Counted from the first letter of the stretch, positions 21,943-32,872 are shown. The stretch is 64,000 bases of DNA from Polaromonas sp. (GCA_021731285.1 JAKFXR010000065.1:11531-75530); one strand, 5' to 3'. The notes: generated by a model from the letters alone, not told the origin. A program made the numbers and translations.

Positions 21943-21996
21943 AAAACCGCAACCCGCCCTTTGATGGCGAGGAAAGTTCGCTATGAAAACAGTAGC
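21943..21996 (-). repeat. 54-bp motif, copy 4 (tatC/degS convergent gap)
   Basis: AAAA-N9-GCCCTT-N18-GCTAT-gaaaaca-GTAGC. Confidence 0.9.
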
Positions 21997-22027
21997 GTGC
22001 GCGAGAAACTGCTGAACAGATCCTCCA

Positions 22028-23176
<1,149 letters not shown>

Positions 23177-23364
23177 GAGGGATCCAGGGTGGCGTGACAA
23201 GGTCGGCAGAAGGCCTGATTTTCCCCCAAATCTGGGGCAGGCCCGCAATGCCACAGCGCGCGCGGGGCATTCATCGCGCGTACAGTGATAATTTGTGAAT
23301 GACCGCGACGGTCATCCGGTCTCAAGCCCTTCCCGGCCACGCCCCATTGCACAAGGACCCCGCC

Positions 23365-24288
23365 ATGAAAGCTTCCAGCGTTCTCGCCACCATAGGCAAC
23401 ACACCGCACATCCGCATCAATCGCCTCTTTGGCGCGGCTTGCCAGACGCACCAGATCTACGTCAAGTCCGAGCGCAGCAACCCCGGCGGCTCCATCAAGG
23501 ACCGCATTGCGCTCAGCATGGTGGAGGCGGCCGAAAAGTCCGGCGCACTCAAACCCGGAGGCACCATCGTCGAGCCGACCTCCGGCAACACCGGTGTGGG
23601 CCTGGCCATGGTGGCCGCCGTCAAGGGCTACCCCCTGGTGCTGGTGATGCCCGACAGCATGAGCATTGAGCGGCGCCGCCTGATGCTGGCCTATGGCGCC
23701 AGCTTTGAGTTGACGCCGCGCGAGAAAGGCATGAACGGCGCCATCGCCCGCGCCAAAGAGCTGGTGGCACAGACGCCGGGCGCCTGGATGCCGCAGCAGT
23801 TTGAAAATCCGGCCAACATCGATGTGCATGTGCGCACCACTGCGGAGGAAATCCTCGCCGACTTCCCGCTCGGCGTGGACTGCCTGATCACCGGCGTGGG
23901 CACCGGCGGGCATCTGTCCGGCGTGGCGCAGGTGCTCAAGGCGAAGTTTCCGAAAACCCGCGTTTTTGCGGTGGAGCCCGCTGCTTCGCCAGTCATCAGC
24001 GGCGGCAAACCCTCACCGCACCCGATCCAGGGCATTGGCGCAGGATTCATCCCGGCCAACCTTCAAACAGACTTGCTCGACGGCGTGATCCAGGTGGAAG
24101 CTGACGCTGCGAAGGACTACGCGCGCCGCTGCGCGGCTGAGGAAGGTTTGCTGGTCGGCATTTCATCGGGCGCGACGCTGGCGGCTATTGCGCAGAAACT
24201 GCCTGACATCGCCGCCGGCAGCACGGTGCTGGGTTTCAACTACGACACTGGCGAGCGTTATCTCTCTGTGGAGGGTTTCCTCCCGTGA
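23365..24288 (+). CDS. cysK: Cysteine synthase A
   Basis: [12 protein letters not shown] Lys, PTSGNTG, GVGTGG, HPIQGIG; AAGGA RBS before ATG 23365. Confidence 0.95.
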   Translation: MKASSVLATIGNTPHIRINRLFGAACQTHQIYVKSERSNPGGSIKDRIALSMVEAAEKSGALKPGGTIVEPTSGNTGVGLAMVAAVKGYPLVLVMPDSMSIERRRLMLAYGASFELTPREKGMNGAIARAKELVAQTPGAWMPQQFENPANIDVHVRTTAEEILADFPLGVDCLITGVGTGGHLSGVAQVLKAKFPKTRVFAVEPAASPVISGGKPSPHPIQGIGAGFIPANLQTDLLDGVIQVEADAAKDYARRCAAEEGLLVGISSGATLAAIAQKLPDIAAGSTVLGFNYDTGERYLSVEGFLP

Positions 24289-25067
24289 ATCCGACCTCCC
24301 CGGTAGCGCCCCGTGCGTTGTTGCTCGCGGCATTCGACCAGTTGCTGCAGCCCGATCGCTTCAAGGACTACGGGCCCAACGGTCTGCAGGTCGAAGGCAA
24401 GGCCGAGGTATGCAAAATCGTCTCGGGAGTCACCGCCAGCCTGGCGCTGATCGAAGCCGCCATTGCAGCGCAGGCCGATGCGATTTTTGTGCACCATGGC
24501 CTGTTCTGGCGCGGGCAGGACGGCCGGGTGACGGGCTGGATGAAGCAGCGCCTGGCCTTGCTGCTGGCGCATGACATCAACCTCTATGCCTACCACCTGC
24601 CGCTGGACGCGCATCCGGAGCTGGGCAACAACGCGCAGCTGGGCTTGCGATTGGGGCTGAAGGCGGATCGCTTTTTCGGCGACAACAGTCTGGGTTTTTT
24701 GGGTGTCCGCAGCGAGGCGGCCAGTACCGGCTTTGAAAACGCCGAGAGCCTGGCGGCTCACATCAAGAGCGCATTAGATCGGCCAGTCGTCCTTGTAGGA
24801 CGGGCGCAGGGTGCTATTGAAAATATAGCATGGTGCACCGGCGGCGCGCAGAATTACTTTGAGGCGGCCATCGCCGCCGGAGCCGACGCCTTCATCACCG
24901 GTGAAATCTCCGAACCGCAGGCGCACTATGCCCGGGAAATGGGTGTGGCCTTCATTGCCTGCGGCCACCACGCTTCCGAGCGTTATGGCGCGCCCGCCGT
25001 GGCTGCCCATGTGGCGGCGCAATTCGGGTTGGCGCACGAGTTCATCGATATCGACAACCCCGGCTGA
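24285..25067 (+). CDS. Nif3-like dinuclear metal protein (YbgI family)
   Basis: [29 protein letters not shown]. Confidence 0.95.
   Translation: MNPTSPVAPRALLLAAFDQLLQPDRFKDYGPNGLQVEGKAEVCKIVSGVTASLALIEAAIAAQADAIFVHHGLFWRGQDGRVTGWMKQRLALLLAHDINLYAYHLPLDAHPELGNNAQLGLRLGLKADRFFGDNSLGFLGVRSEAASTGFENAESLAAHIKSALDRPVVLVGRAQGAIENIAWCTGGAQNYFEAAIAAGADAFITGEISEPQAHYAREMGVAFIACGHHASERYGAPAVAAHVAAQFGLAHEFIDIDNPG
24776..24829 (-). repeat. 54-bp motif, copy 5 (inside Nif3-like CDS)
   Basis: AGAT-N9-GTCCTT-N18-GCTAT-tgaaaat-ATAGC. Confidence 0.85.
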
Positions 25068-25081
25068 CCTGCCTTCGTTTT

Positions 25082-26374
25082 TCAGGCCGGCTGGTTGCGG
25101 TGCCGCACCGGGTGCAGGGCGCGCGGCGGGTGCGGGCCGGCCGTGCGCATGGCGCGCCAGCTGGCGCCCAATTCGGCGTTTTCCACTGCCACGGCGTGAT
25201 GGCTCAGCTCGTCTAGCAGCGCGGCCCGTGAGCGCATGGACCGCGCGGCGAGGGCCACGTCCTGCGCTTCGTGCAGCAACTGGTCCACGTCCTTGCTGGC
25301 GCCCGACAGGTGGATCATGCCGACGCCAATGTCGGCGCTGAGCTTGATGCGGTCGCCGTTGAGTGAGGTCACCTCCAGCGGCCGTCTGAGGCTGGAGGCC
25401 ACACGCAGCCCCATGGTGCGTATCCACCGGGGCGAGTGCATGGTCTCTATCACCACGAGGAAACAGCGGTCGTAGTAGCGGCCTGCCGGGTTCACCACCC
25501 CGGTGTGGCGTTGCATGCGTCTGGCCAGCTGGCTGTAGATCTCGTTCAAACCGTATTGCCCGACCTGGACGAGGAGCCGCTCAGGCTCAAACAGCATCAC
25601 CGCCATCAAGGCCCCATCACGCCGCGTGCGCACCAGTCGGCGTTGCGCGCGTATGATTTTCTGCACCATCACCACGCTGCTGTAGAGCTGCGTGATCGGG
25701 TCACGCCGCGCATGCCGGTCGTGGCGGATCTGCAGGTCCTGGCGATTGCGCATCCACAGGATCACGGCGGTGACCGACACACTGAGCAGGCCCAGCATGG
25801 CCACGCCCGCCTGCAACGCCACAGAGGGCCGGCCGATGTTCAGGGCCAGCCAGTACAGGCCCAGTTGCAGGGGCAGGGTCAGCAGGCACCCGGCGGCCAG
25901 GCCCCAGGCAAGGCGGTCACCCAGCAACGCCGCACGCGCCGCGAGCCAAAGCGCCACGGACAGGCTGAAAACCGTGATGGCGCCCGACACCACCAGTTGC
26001 GAGCCGATGGGCAGCAACAGGCACAGCGGCCCGCCGGCCAGACACAGGATGGTGGTGCTGCGAAAAATAACGTCGGTCAGACGGTCGCGTTTGGCCGCCG
26101 ACAGCCAGTGGCTGGCCCAGTGAGCACCCAGCCCCGCGCACAAAGGACCGACAAGCACTTGCGCGGCATGCAACCACGGGGCACTGACTTCAGGCCGGAC
26201 TGCAGCGGGCAGACCGCTGAGCAGGGTGAAGAAGAGCCAGCAGGCACTGAGGTAGACCAGACTCTGCAGGCTGGCCCGGCTGCGGCTGTAAACGGCGTCT
26301 GCGGCGGCCAGCAGCACCACCAGGCCGACCGAGCCGGAGGCAGCGCTCCAGATCACCGTTTCTGCGGCAGTCAT
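25082..26374 (-). CDS. Multi-TM membrane protein with degenerate GGDEF domain
   Basis: ~7 hydrophobic helices, then RDPITQLYS, GRYYDRCFLV (GGDEF position), IGVG, LLHEAQ. Confidence 0.8.
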   Translation of the reverse strand: MTAAETVIWSAASGSVGLVVLLAAADAVYSRSRASLQSLVYLSACWLFFTLLSGLPAAVRPEVSAPWLHAAQVLVGPLCAGLGAHWASHWLSAAKRDRLTDVIFRSTTILCLAGGPLCLLLPIGSQLVVSGAITVFSLSVALWLAARAALLGDRLAWGLAAGCLLTLPLQLGLYWLALNIGRPSVALQAGVAMLGLLSVSVTAVILWMRNRQDLQIRHDRHARRDPITQLYSSVVMVQKIIRAQRRLVRTRRDGALMAVMLFEPERLLVQVGQYGLNEIYSQLARRMQRHTGVVNPAGRYYDRCFLVVIETMHSPRWIRTMGLRVASSLRRPLEVTSLNGDRIKLSADIGVGMIHLSGASKDVDQLLHEAQDVALAARSMRSRAALLDELSHHAVAVENAELGASWRAMRTAGPHPPRALHPVRHRNQPA

Positions 26375-26599
26375 GGCGCAGGCCCGGTCGCGGCGGCGGA
26401 CGCCACCACTTGCGCGAGAATACCGACAGAATGCATTCTTTCGCTTTCTCCCAATCGGCTTGCCATGGGGTACCCGCCTTCGCGCCGGCCTGCTCCTGCA
26501 GGGCAAGCTGTGCCTGTACGGGTGTCGAAACGATTATGGGCCGTTCAGATGTCCAAGGGAAGTCATGAAACGCCGCCTGGGCAGAACCGCGGGTTTCCC

Positions 26600-27628
26600 A
26601 TGAGCAAGCAGGGTGTTTTGGCCATCACCATGGGCGATCCGGCCGGCATTGGCCCGGAGATCATTGCAAGGGCTTTCAGGGAAGCGCCTGCCGATCTCGA
26701 GGGCTGTGTCGTGGCAGGTGACGTGGCCACCTTGCGACGGGCGGCGCAATGTGTCGCGCCGGACGGAGTTGCCATGCCGGTGCTTGAATTGCAGGAGCTG
26801 GCAGGCAGCTTGCCGTTGCCGCCGCGCTGTATTCCGGTGCTACAAAAATGTGAGCTGCCTGCTCCCGTCCCGTATGGACAGGTAAACGGTTTGGCCGGAA
26901 AAGCGGCGGCAGACTGCATAGTCTGGGCGGCCCGCGCTGCCTTGTCCGGGGAGATTGCCGCCATGGTAACCGCGCCAATCCACAAGGAAGCCCTTGCGGC
27001 CGCAGGTGGCCGATTTGCGCTGTTTCCCGGCCATACCGAACTGTTGCAGGCTGAAGCGGCCGCATTCCTTGGTCAACCGCTCTCCGCCTTGCCCGTGCGC
27101 ATGATGCTGGCCAATGACGAACTCAAGACCGTGCTGGTCAGCATTCACCTGTCCCTGCGGCAGGCCATAGAGGCCATCACTCAGGACAGTGTTCTGCAGA
27201 CCTTGCGCATCACGCACCAGGCGGTGCGGGGTCGTACGGGTGGCCAGCCGCGCATTGCCGTGGCTGGTTTGAACCCGCATGCGGGCGAGGGCGGCCTGTT
27301 CGGACGCGAGGAGATGGACATCATTGCCCCGGCCATTGCCGCGGCGCGTGAACTGGGCATGGACGTGAGCGGCCCCTTGTCGCCGGACACCGTGTTCATG
27401 CGGGCACGCAGAGGGGAGTTTGACGTGGTGGTGGCGATGTACCACGACCAGGGCCTGATTCCGGTGAAATACCTGGGGGTGGAGCAGGGCGTCAACGTCA
27501 CGCTGGGTCTGCCGCTGGTGCGTAGCAGCCCGGACCACGGGACCGCTTTTGACATTGCCGGCACTGGCAAGGCCGATGCGTCCAGCCTGATCGCCGCCAT
27601 TCGCATGGCGCGAAAACTGGCCGCCTGA
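26600..27628 (+). CDS. pdxA: 4-hydroxythreonine-4-phosphate dehydrogenase (PdxA family)
   Basis: ITMGDPAGIGPE, GHTE, NPHAGE, MYHDQG, SPDHGTAFDIAG. Confidence 0.93.
   Translation: MSKQGVLAITMGDPAGIGPEIIARAFREAPADLEGCVVAGDVATLRRAAQCVAPDGVAMPVLELQELAGSLPLPPRCIPVLQKCELPAPVPYGQVNGLAGKAAADCIVWAARAALSGEIAAMVTAPIHKEALAAAGGRFALFPGHTELLQAEAAAFLGQPLSALPVRMMLANDELKTVLVSIHLSLRQAIEAITQDSVLQTLRITHQAVRGRTGGQPRIAVAGLNPHAGEGGLFGREEMDIIAPAIAAARELGMDVSGPLSPDTVFMRARRGEFDVVVAMYHDQGLIPVKYLGVEQGVNVTLGLPLVRSSPDHGTAFDIAGTGKADASSLIAAIRMARKLAA
26839..26892 (+). repeat. 54-bp motif, copy 6 (inside pdxA, degenerate)
   Basis: GCTAC-aaaaatg-TGAGC-N18-ATGGAC-N9-GTTT. Confidence 0.65.
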
Positions 27629-27647
27629 AGCGTCCGAGCCAAGGGCC

Positions 27648-27701
27648 AAAAAGGCCTCCGGCCCTTGGGTGGCGGGCGTAAGCAGCTACACAATCGATAG
27701 C
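27648..27701 (-). repeat. 54-bp motif, copy 7 (pdxA/mscL convergent gap)
   Basis: AAAA-N9-GCCCTT-N18-GCTAC-acaatcg-ATAGC. Confidence 0.9.
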
Positions 27702-27719
27702 GACCACCATGTTTCCGAC

Positions 27720-27807
27720 AGCAGGGGCCGCGCGTCCGGCTTTGCCGGCGCGCAGGCGCCGCCCCTGAGGGGGAGGGCCGCTACACGAAGTGAGCGGCTA
27801 ACGGGGT
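27720..27807 (-). repeat. Multi-hairpin repeat, copy A6 (after mscL stop, minus strand)
   Basis: Reverse complement reads CACTTCGTG...CCCCCTCAGGGGCG...CCGGCAAAGCCGG...GCGGCCCCTGC. Confidence 0.88.
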
Positions 27808-27810
27808 GAA

Positions 27811-28239
27811 CTACTTCCTCAGGCTGTCGCGAATTTCGCGCAACAGCACGACGTCTTCGGGTGGGGCGACGGGCGCCGCCGCAGGCTCGGCATGGTGGCG
27901 CTTGAGCCGGTTGATCTGCTTGACCATGATGAAAATGATGAAGGCCAGAATCAGGAAGTTGAGCGCGACGGTCAGGAAATGCCCATAGGCGAACACCGGC
28001 ACGCCGGCCTTGCGCAGGGCCTCGAGTGACATGTCGGTCCCCGCGGGCACCGAGCCCAGCAGGATGTACAGGCTGGAAAAATCCAGCTTGCCGAAGACCA
28101 TTCCCACCACCGGCATGATGAGGTCGCTCACGACGGCATCGACGATTTTGCCGAAGGCCGCGCCAATGATCACGCCGACGGCCAGATCGATGACATTGCC
28201 CTTGACTGCAAATTCCCTGAACTCCTGAATCATTCCCAT
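27811..28239 (-). CDS. mscL: Large-conductance mechanosensitive channel
   Basis: [28 protein letters not shown]. Confidence 0.98.
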   Translation of the reverse strand: MGMIQEFREFAVKGNVIDLAVGVIIGAAFGKIVDAVVSDLIMPVVGMVFGKLDFSSLYILLGSVPAGTDMSLEALRKAGVPVFAYGHFLTVALNFLILAFIIFIMVKQINRLKRHHAEPAAAPVAPPEDVVLLREIRDSLRK

Positions 28240-28444
28240 GCTGATCTCCTGTGGTGGGCGCTTGTTTGCCGGCTTGCATGCAAGACGTGAAACGCACCGG
28301 TGATCTTAGCGGCTGCACCATGATGCGTTCAAGCACCGGGGAAAGGCGCGCAGCCTTGAAAAGGCCGTTCTCGCTCCGTTACAATCCCGGGTTGACCCGA
28401 TACTCCCTTTTTCAAGTTTTCAAGCCATGTTCTGGTAGGACCTC

Positions 28445-29068
28445 ATGACCCAAGCTAGTTCCAGCGTGCCACTCAGCGCACCGATTGACAAAGACAAAAG
28501 AAACTGGATCGTGACCACCGGCGTGATCGGTGGTGCAGGAGCCCTGACCGCTGCCGTCCCCTTTGGGTGCAGCTTCAACCCCTCCGAACGGGCCAAGGCC
28601 GCCGGCGCTTCGGTGGAAGTTGATATTTCAGCCATGAAGCCGGGCGAAAAGCTCACGGTGGAATGGCGTGGCAAGCCGGTCTGGATTGTCAGGCGCACGC
28701 CCGAACAGCTGGCTGGCCTGGCCAAGCTGGACCCGCAACTGGCCGATCCCAAGTCCGAGCGCAAACCCGGTGAACTCACCCCCGAGTACGCCCGCAACGA
28801 GAACCGCTCCATCAAGCCCGAATATTTTGTGGCGGTCGGCATCTGCACCCACCTGGGTTGCTCGCCCAGCGACAAGTTCGCTACCGGGGCCCAGCCTTCG
28901 CTGCCCGATGACTGGGCCGGCGGCTTTTTGTGCGCCTGCCATGGCTCGACCTTCGACATCGCCGGCCGTGTGTACAAAAACAAGCCGGCGCCGGACAACC
29001 TGGAAGTGCCCCCCCACATGTACCTGTCAGATGCCAAGCTGCTGATTGGTGAGGACAAAAAAGCCTGA
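28445..29068 (+). CDS. petA: Ubiquinol-cytochrome c reductase Rieske subunit
   Basis: CTHLGC and CACHGS Rieske boxes. Confidence 0.97.
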   Translation: MTQASSSVPLSAPIDKDKRNWIVTTGVIGGAGALTAAVPFGCSFNPSERAKAAGASVEVDISAMKPGEKLTVEWRGKPVWIVRRTPEQLAGLAKLDPQLADPKSERKPGELTPEYARNENRSIKPEYFVAVGICTHLGCSPSDKFATGAQPSLPDDWAGGFLCACHGSTFDIAGRVYKNKPAPDNLEVPPHMYLSDAKLLIGEDKKA

Positions 29069-29142
29069 AGCTTTGCTGGACAGCCCGCTGGTGCCGTGTG
29101 GCGCCCGCCCCGTCCCCCATCGACTAGCAAATAGGACCCCTT

Positions 29143-30543
29143 ATGGCTGAATTCAAAGAAATTTCCCCTGACGCGCCAGCTGCTGCGAAGCTGATGAACT
29201 GGGTCGATAACCGCTTCCCGGCAAGCAAGCTCCTGAAGGAGCATGTGACCGAGTACTACGCGCCGAAGAACTTCAACTTCTGGTATGTGTTTGGCTCGCT
29301 GGCGATGCTGGTGCTGGTGATCCAGATCGTCACGGGCATCTTCCTGACCATGCACTACAAGCCCGATGCCGCGCTGGCTTTCGGCTCGGTCGAATACATC
29401 ATGCGCGACGTGCCCTGGGGCTGGCTGATCCGCTACATGCATTCGACCGGCGCTTCGGCATTTTTTGTGGTGGTCTATCTGCACATGTTCCGTGGCCTGA
29501 TCTACGGCAGCTACCGCAAGCCGCGCGAGCTGATCTGGATTTTCGGCTGCGCGATTTTCCTGGCCCTGATGGCCGAAGCTTTCATGGGTTACCTCTTGCC
29601 CTGGGGTCAGATGAGCTACTGGGGTGCCCAGGTGATCGTCAACCTGTTCGCGGCCATCCCCTTTATTGGCCCCGACCTGGCGCTGCTGATCCGTGGCGAC
29701 TACGTGGTGGGTGACGCGACGCTGAACCGCTTCTTCGCCTTCCACGTGATTGCCGTGCCGCTGGTGCTGCTGGGCCTGGTGGTGGCACACCTGATTGCGC
29801 TGCATGAAGTCGGTTCCAACAACCCTGATGGGGTGGAAATCAAGGCGAAAAAAGACGCTGCGGGAAACCCGCTCGATGGCGTTCCCTTCCATCCCTATTA
29901 CACGGTGCACGACATTTTTGCCGTCAGCGTGTTCCTGATGATTTTCTCGGCCATCATTTTCTTTGCGCCTGAAGCCGGTGGTTATTTCCTCGAGTACAAC
30001 AACTTCATCCCTGCCGACCCGCTCAAGACGCCTTTGCACATCGCCCCGGTCTGGTATTTCACACCGTATTACTCCATGCTGCGTGCCATCACCAGCGAGA
30101 TGATGTATGCGCTGGTCGTCTGCGTGCTGGCCGGTGCCGTGCTCGGTGTGCTCAAAGCCAAAATCGGAGGCTTGTTCAAGGCCGTGATTGTTGGCGGCGC
30201 CGTGGTACTGGTGGTTGCGATGTTGATGTTCGATCCGAAGTTCTGGGGCGTGGTGGTGATGGGCGGCGCGGTCATCATCCTGTTTTTCCTGCCCTGGCTG
30301 GACAACAGCGAAGTCAAGTCCATCCGTTATCGCCCCGACTGGCACAAATACATGTATGCGATTTTTGTCATCAATTTTGTGGTGCTCGGTTACCTCGGCA
30401 TCAAGCCGCCATCGGCGATCAATGAGCGGGTGTCGCAGCTCGGCACGCTGTTTTATTTCGGTTTCTTCCTGCTGATGCCGTGGTGGAGCCGTCTCGGGCA
30501 GTTCAAGCCCGTGCCTGACCGCGTGACGTTTGCTGCCCACTGA
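29143..30543 (+). CDS. petB: Cytochrome b
   Basis: RYMHSTGAS, LPWGQMSYWG, PVWY (PEWY equivalent). Confidence 0.98.
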   Translation: MAEFKEISPDAPAAAKLMNWVDNRFPASKLLKEHVTEYYAPKNFNFWYVFGSLAMLVLVIQIVTGIFLTMHYKPDAALAFGSVEYIMRDVPWGWLIRYMHSTGASAFFVVVYLHMFRGLIYGSYRKPRELIWIFGCAIFLALMAEAFMGYLLPWGQMSYWGAQVIVNLFAAIPFIGPDLALLIRGDYVVGDATLNRFFAFHVIAVPLVLLGLVVAHLIALHEVGSNNPDGVEIKAKKDAAGNPLDGVPFHPYYTVHDIFAVSVFLMIFSAIIFFAPEAGGYFLEYNNFIPADPLKTPLHIAPVWYFTPYYSMLRAITSEMMYALVVCVLAGAVLGVLKAKIGGLFKAVIVGGAVVLVVAMLMFDPKFWGVVVMGGAVIILFFLPWLDNSEVKSIRYRPDWHKYMYAIFVINFVVLGYLGIKPPSAINERVSQLGTLFYFGFFLLMPWWSRLGQFKPVPDRVTFAAH

Positions 30544-30560
30544 GCTGGAGATCTCGAAAA

Positions 30561-31331
30561 ATGATGAAGACACTGAAAAAAATGGCCCTGGCCGGGTTGG
30601 CCGTGGTTGCCCTGTCGGCCACCGGTCTGCATGCAGCGACCACTGGCATCGCCTGGGACAAGGCGCCTAACAACACCAACGACGTGGCGGCCCTGCAAAA
30701 CGGCGCCAAGCTGTTTGTCAACTACTGCCTGAACTGCCACTCGGCTGCCTACATGCGTTACAACCGCCTGCGGGACATCGGTCTGACCGAGCAGCAAATC
30801 AAGGACAACCTGCTGTTTGCCTCGGACAAGGTCGGTGAGACCATGAAGGCTGCCATTGATCCGAAACAGGCCAAGGACTGGTTCGGCGGCACCCCCCCCG
30901 ATCTGACCGTGGTAGCCCGCTCGCGCTCGGGCCCGGGCGGCACCGGTGCAGACTACCTCTACACCTACCTGCGCACCTACTACCGCGATCCCGGCACCGC
31001 GACCGGCTGGAACAACCTGGCTTTCCCGAACGTGGCCATGCCGCATGTGCTTTGGGAATTGTCCGGTGAGCGCATGCCGCTTTATGACGAGAAGATGGAG
31101 CACGGCCACACGGTCAAGGTCTTCAAGGGTTGGCAACAAGTGACCCCCGGCACCATGACCCCTTTGCAGTATGACCAGTCCATGGGTGATCTGGTGTCCT
31201 ACATGCAGTGGATGGCCGAACCTGCCCAGAACACCCGCGTCCGGGTGGGCGTCTGGGTCTTGATGTTTCTTCTTATGTTTACCTTTGTCGCCTGGCGCCT
31301 GAACGCAGCGTTCTGGAAAGACATCAAGTAA
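30561..31331 (+). CDS. petC: Cytochrome c1
   Basis: CLNCH heme motif, PPDL, C-terminal TM anchor. Confidence 0.97.
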   Translation: MMKTLKKMALAGLAVVALSATGLHAATTGIAWDKAPNNTNDVAALQNGAKLFVNYCLNCHSAAYMRYNRLRDIGLTEQQIKDNLLFASDKVGETMKAAIDPKQAKDWFGGTPPDLTVVARSRSGPGGTGADYLYTYLRTYYRDPGTATGWNNLAFPNVAMPHVLWELSGERMPLYDEKMEHGHTVKVFKGWQQVTPGTMTPLQYDQSMGDLVSYMQWMAEPAQNTRVRVGVWVLMFLLMFTFVAWRLNAAFWKDIK

Positions 31332-31367
31332 AGCTTTTCGCCGGGACGACAGGTCCCGGCATCTTCT

Positions 31368-31399
31368 GGAGTGGATGCCTGACAGGGTTCCACTCCTTT
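31368..31399 (+). terminator. Possible intrinsic terminator after petC
   Basis: GGAGTGGA...TCCACTCC stem followed by TTT; a second hairpin lies at 31340-31360. Confidence 0.5.
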
Positions 31400-31419
31400 G
31401 CATTTAGGAGTTCCGTACC

Positions 31420-32031
31420 ATGATGGTCCTTTATTCAGGCACGACCTGCCCGTTCTCGCACCGCTGCCGTTTTGTGCTGTTTGAAAAAGGCATGGACTTC
31501 GAAATCCGTGATGTGGACTTGTACAACAAGCCCGAAGACATCAATGTCATGAATCCCTACGGCCAGGTGCCCATCCTGGTTGAACGTGATCTGATCCTGT
31601 ACGAGTCGAACATCATCAATGAGTACATTGACGAGCGTTTCCCGCACCCGCAATTGATGCCCGGCGATCCGGTCGATCGCGCGCGTGTTCGCCTCTTCCT
31701 CCTCAATTTCGAAAAAGAGCTTTTTGTGCACGTCAGCACGCTGGAAGCCCGCGCTTCCAAGGGCAACGAAAAGGCGCTGGAAAAAGCCCGTTCGCATATT
31801 CGCGATCGCCTGACGCAGCTGGCTCCCGTGTTCCTGAAGAACAAGTTCATGCTGGGCGACAATTTTTCCATGCTGGACGTGGCCATTGCTCCCCTGCTCT
31901 GGCGGCTGGATTACTACGACATCGACCTGTCGAAGAACGCCGCGCCCTTGCTCAAGTATGCAGAGCGCATCTTCTCGCGCCCGGCCTACATTGAAGCGCT
32001 GACACCTTCCGAGAAAGTGATGCGCAAGTAA
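31420..32031 (+). CDS. sspA: Stringent starvation protein A
   Basis: GST fold, NPYGQVP, YESNIINEYIDERFPHP; canonical position after petC. Confidence 0.96.
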   Translation: MMVLYSGTTCPFSHRCRFVLFEKGMDFEIRDVDLYNKPEDINVMNPYGQVPILVERDLILYESNIINEYIDERFPHPQLMPGDPVDRARVRLFLLNFEKELFVHVSTLEARASKGNEKALEKARSHIRDRLTQLAPVFLKNKFMLGDNFSMLDVAIAPLLWRLDYYDIDLSKNAAPLLKYAERIFSRPAYIEALTPSEKVMRK

Positions 32032-32127
32032 TGGCCCCCACGCTTGCCACTGCGTGTGCTGCGCTGCCCCCCGAGGGGGCCGCTGCGCCTGCGGCCCGGC
32101 TGAGCCGGTTCCGCGGCCCCTGTTTGA
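32032..32127 (+). repeat. Multi-hairpin repeat, copy A7 (sspA-sspB)
   Basis: Near-consensus copy starting at the base after the sspA stop. Confidence 0.92.
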
Positions 32128-32175
32128 AGGGACGGGGTTGCTCGACGCTTGTCTGGATTTGGCTTGGCTGACCTG

Positions 32176-32718
32176 ATGAATGCACTGGACACCAGTTCCA
32201 CACGTCCGTACCTGATACGGGCGCTGTACGAATGGTGCACCGACAACGGCCTGACCCCCTATGTGGCGGTGGCCGTTGACGAAACCGTGCAGGTGCCGCG
32301 TGAGTACGTCAAGAACAACGAGATCGTGCTCAACATCAGTTTTGATGCCACCAGCTCGCTCAAACTCGGCAATGACTTCATTGAGTTCAAGGCACGGTTT
32401 GCGGGAAGCGCCCGCGAAATCATGGTGCCCATTGGCCGTGTCATTGCCATTTACGCGCGGGAAAACGGTCAGGGCATGGCATTTCCTCTGGCTGGGTATG
32501 GCGCGCCGGGGTCACAGCCATCGGCCGACAGCGTTGTCATGCCATCGTCTTTGCCCCCGCCGCCTGCAGAACCATCGCCGGCTCCAGCAGGAAGCGAAGC
32601 CAAGATTGTGCAGCTGGTGCCTGCCAACCATGCGGCAGAGGGACGTGACGGTGAGCCGGACCCCCCTGAACCGAACAAACCATCCGGCAAACGCCCTTCA
32701 CTCAAGCGGATCAAGTGA
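32176..32718 (+). CDS. sspB: ClpXP specificity factor
   Basis: STRPYLIRALYEWCTDN, IYARENGQGM, C-terminal RPSLKRIK. Confidence 0.96.
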   Translation: MNALDTSSTRPYLIRALYEWCTDNGLTPYVAVAVDETVQVPREYVKNNEIVLNISFDATSSLKLGNDFIEFKARFAGSAREIMVPIGRVIAIYARENGQGMAFPLAGYGAPGSQPSADSVVMPSSLPPPPAEPSPAPAGSEAKIVQLVPANHAAEGRDGEPDPPEPNKPSGKRPSLKRIK

Positions 32719-32744
32719 CCGCAGTAACGTAAAATAGAGTTTGT

Positions 32745-32820
32745 GCCGCTTTAGCTCAGTTGGTAGAGCAACCGCCTTGTAAGCGGTAGGTCGTCAGTTC
32801 GAATCCGACAAGCGGCACCA
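32745..32820 (+). tRNA. tRNA-Thr(TGT)
   Basis: 76-nt cloverleaf GCCGCTT...AAGCGGCACCA; anticodon loop CT-TGT-AA; T-loop TTCGAAT. Confidence 0.97.
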
Positions 32821-32872
32821 TTTGATTCTCACTGCCCCGGTCATCGTTGCCGGTGAGCCATTTCACCACAAG

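Noticed and set aside
25436-26599. Apparent 730-aa PdxA fusion
   Set aside because: The upstream part is antisense to the GGDEF-like gene; PdxA homology begins at ATG 26600.
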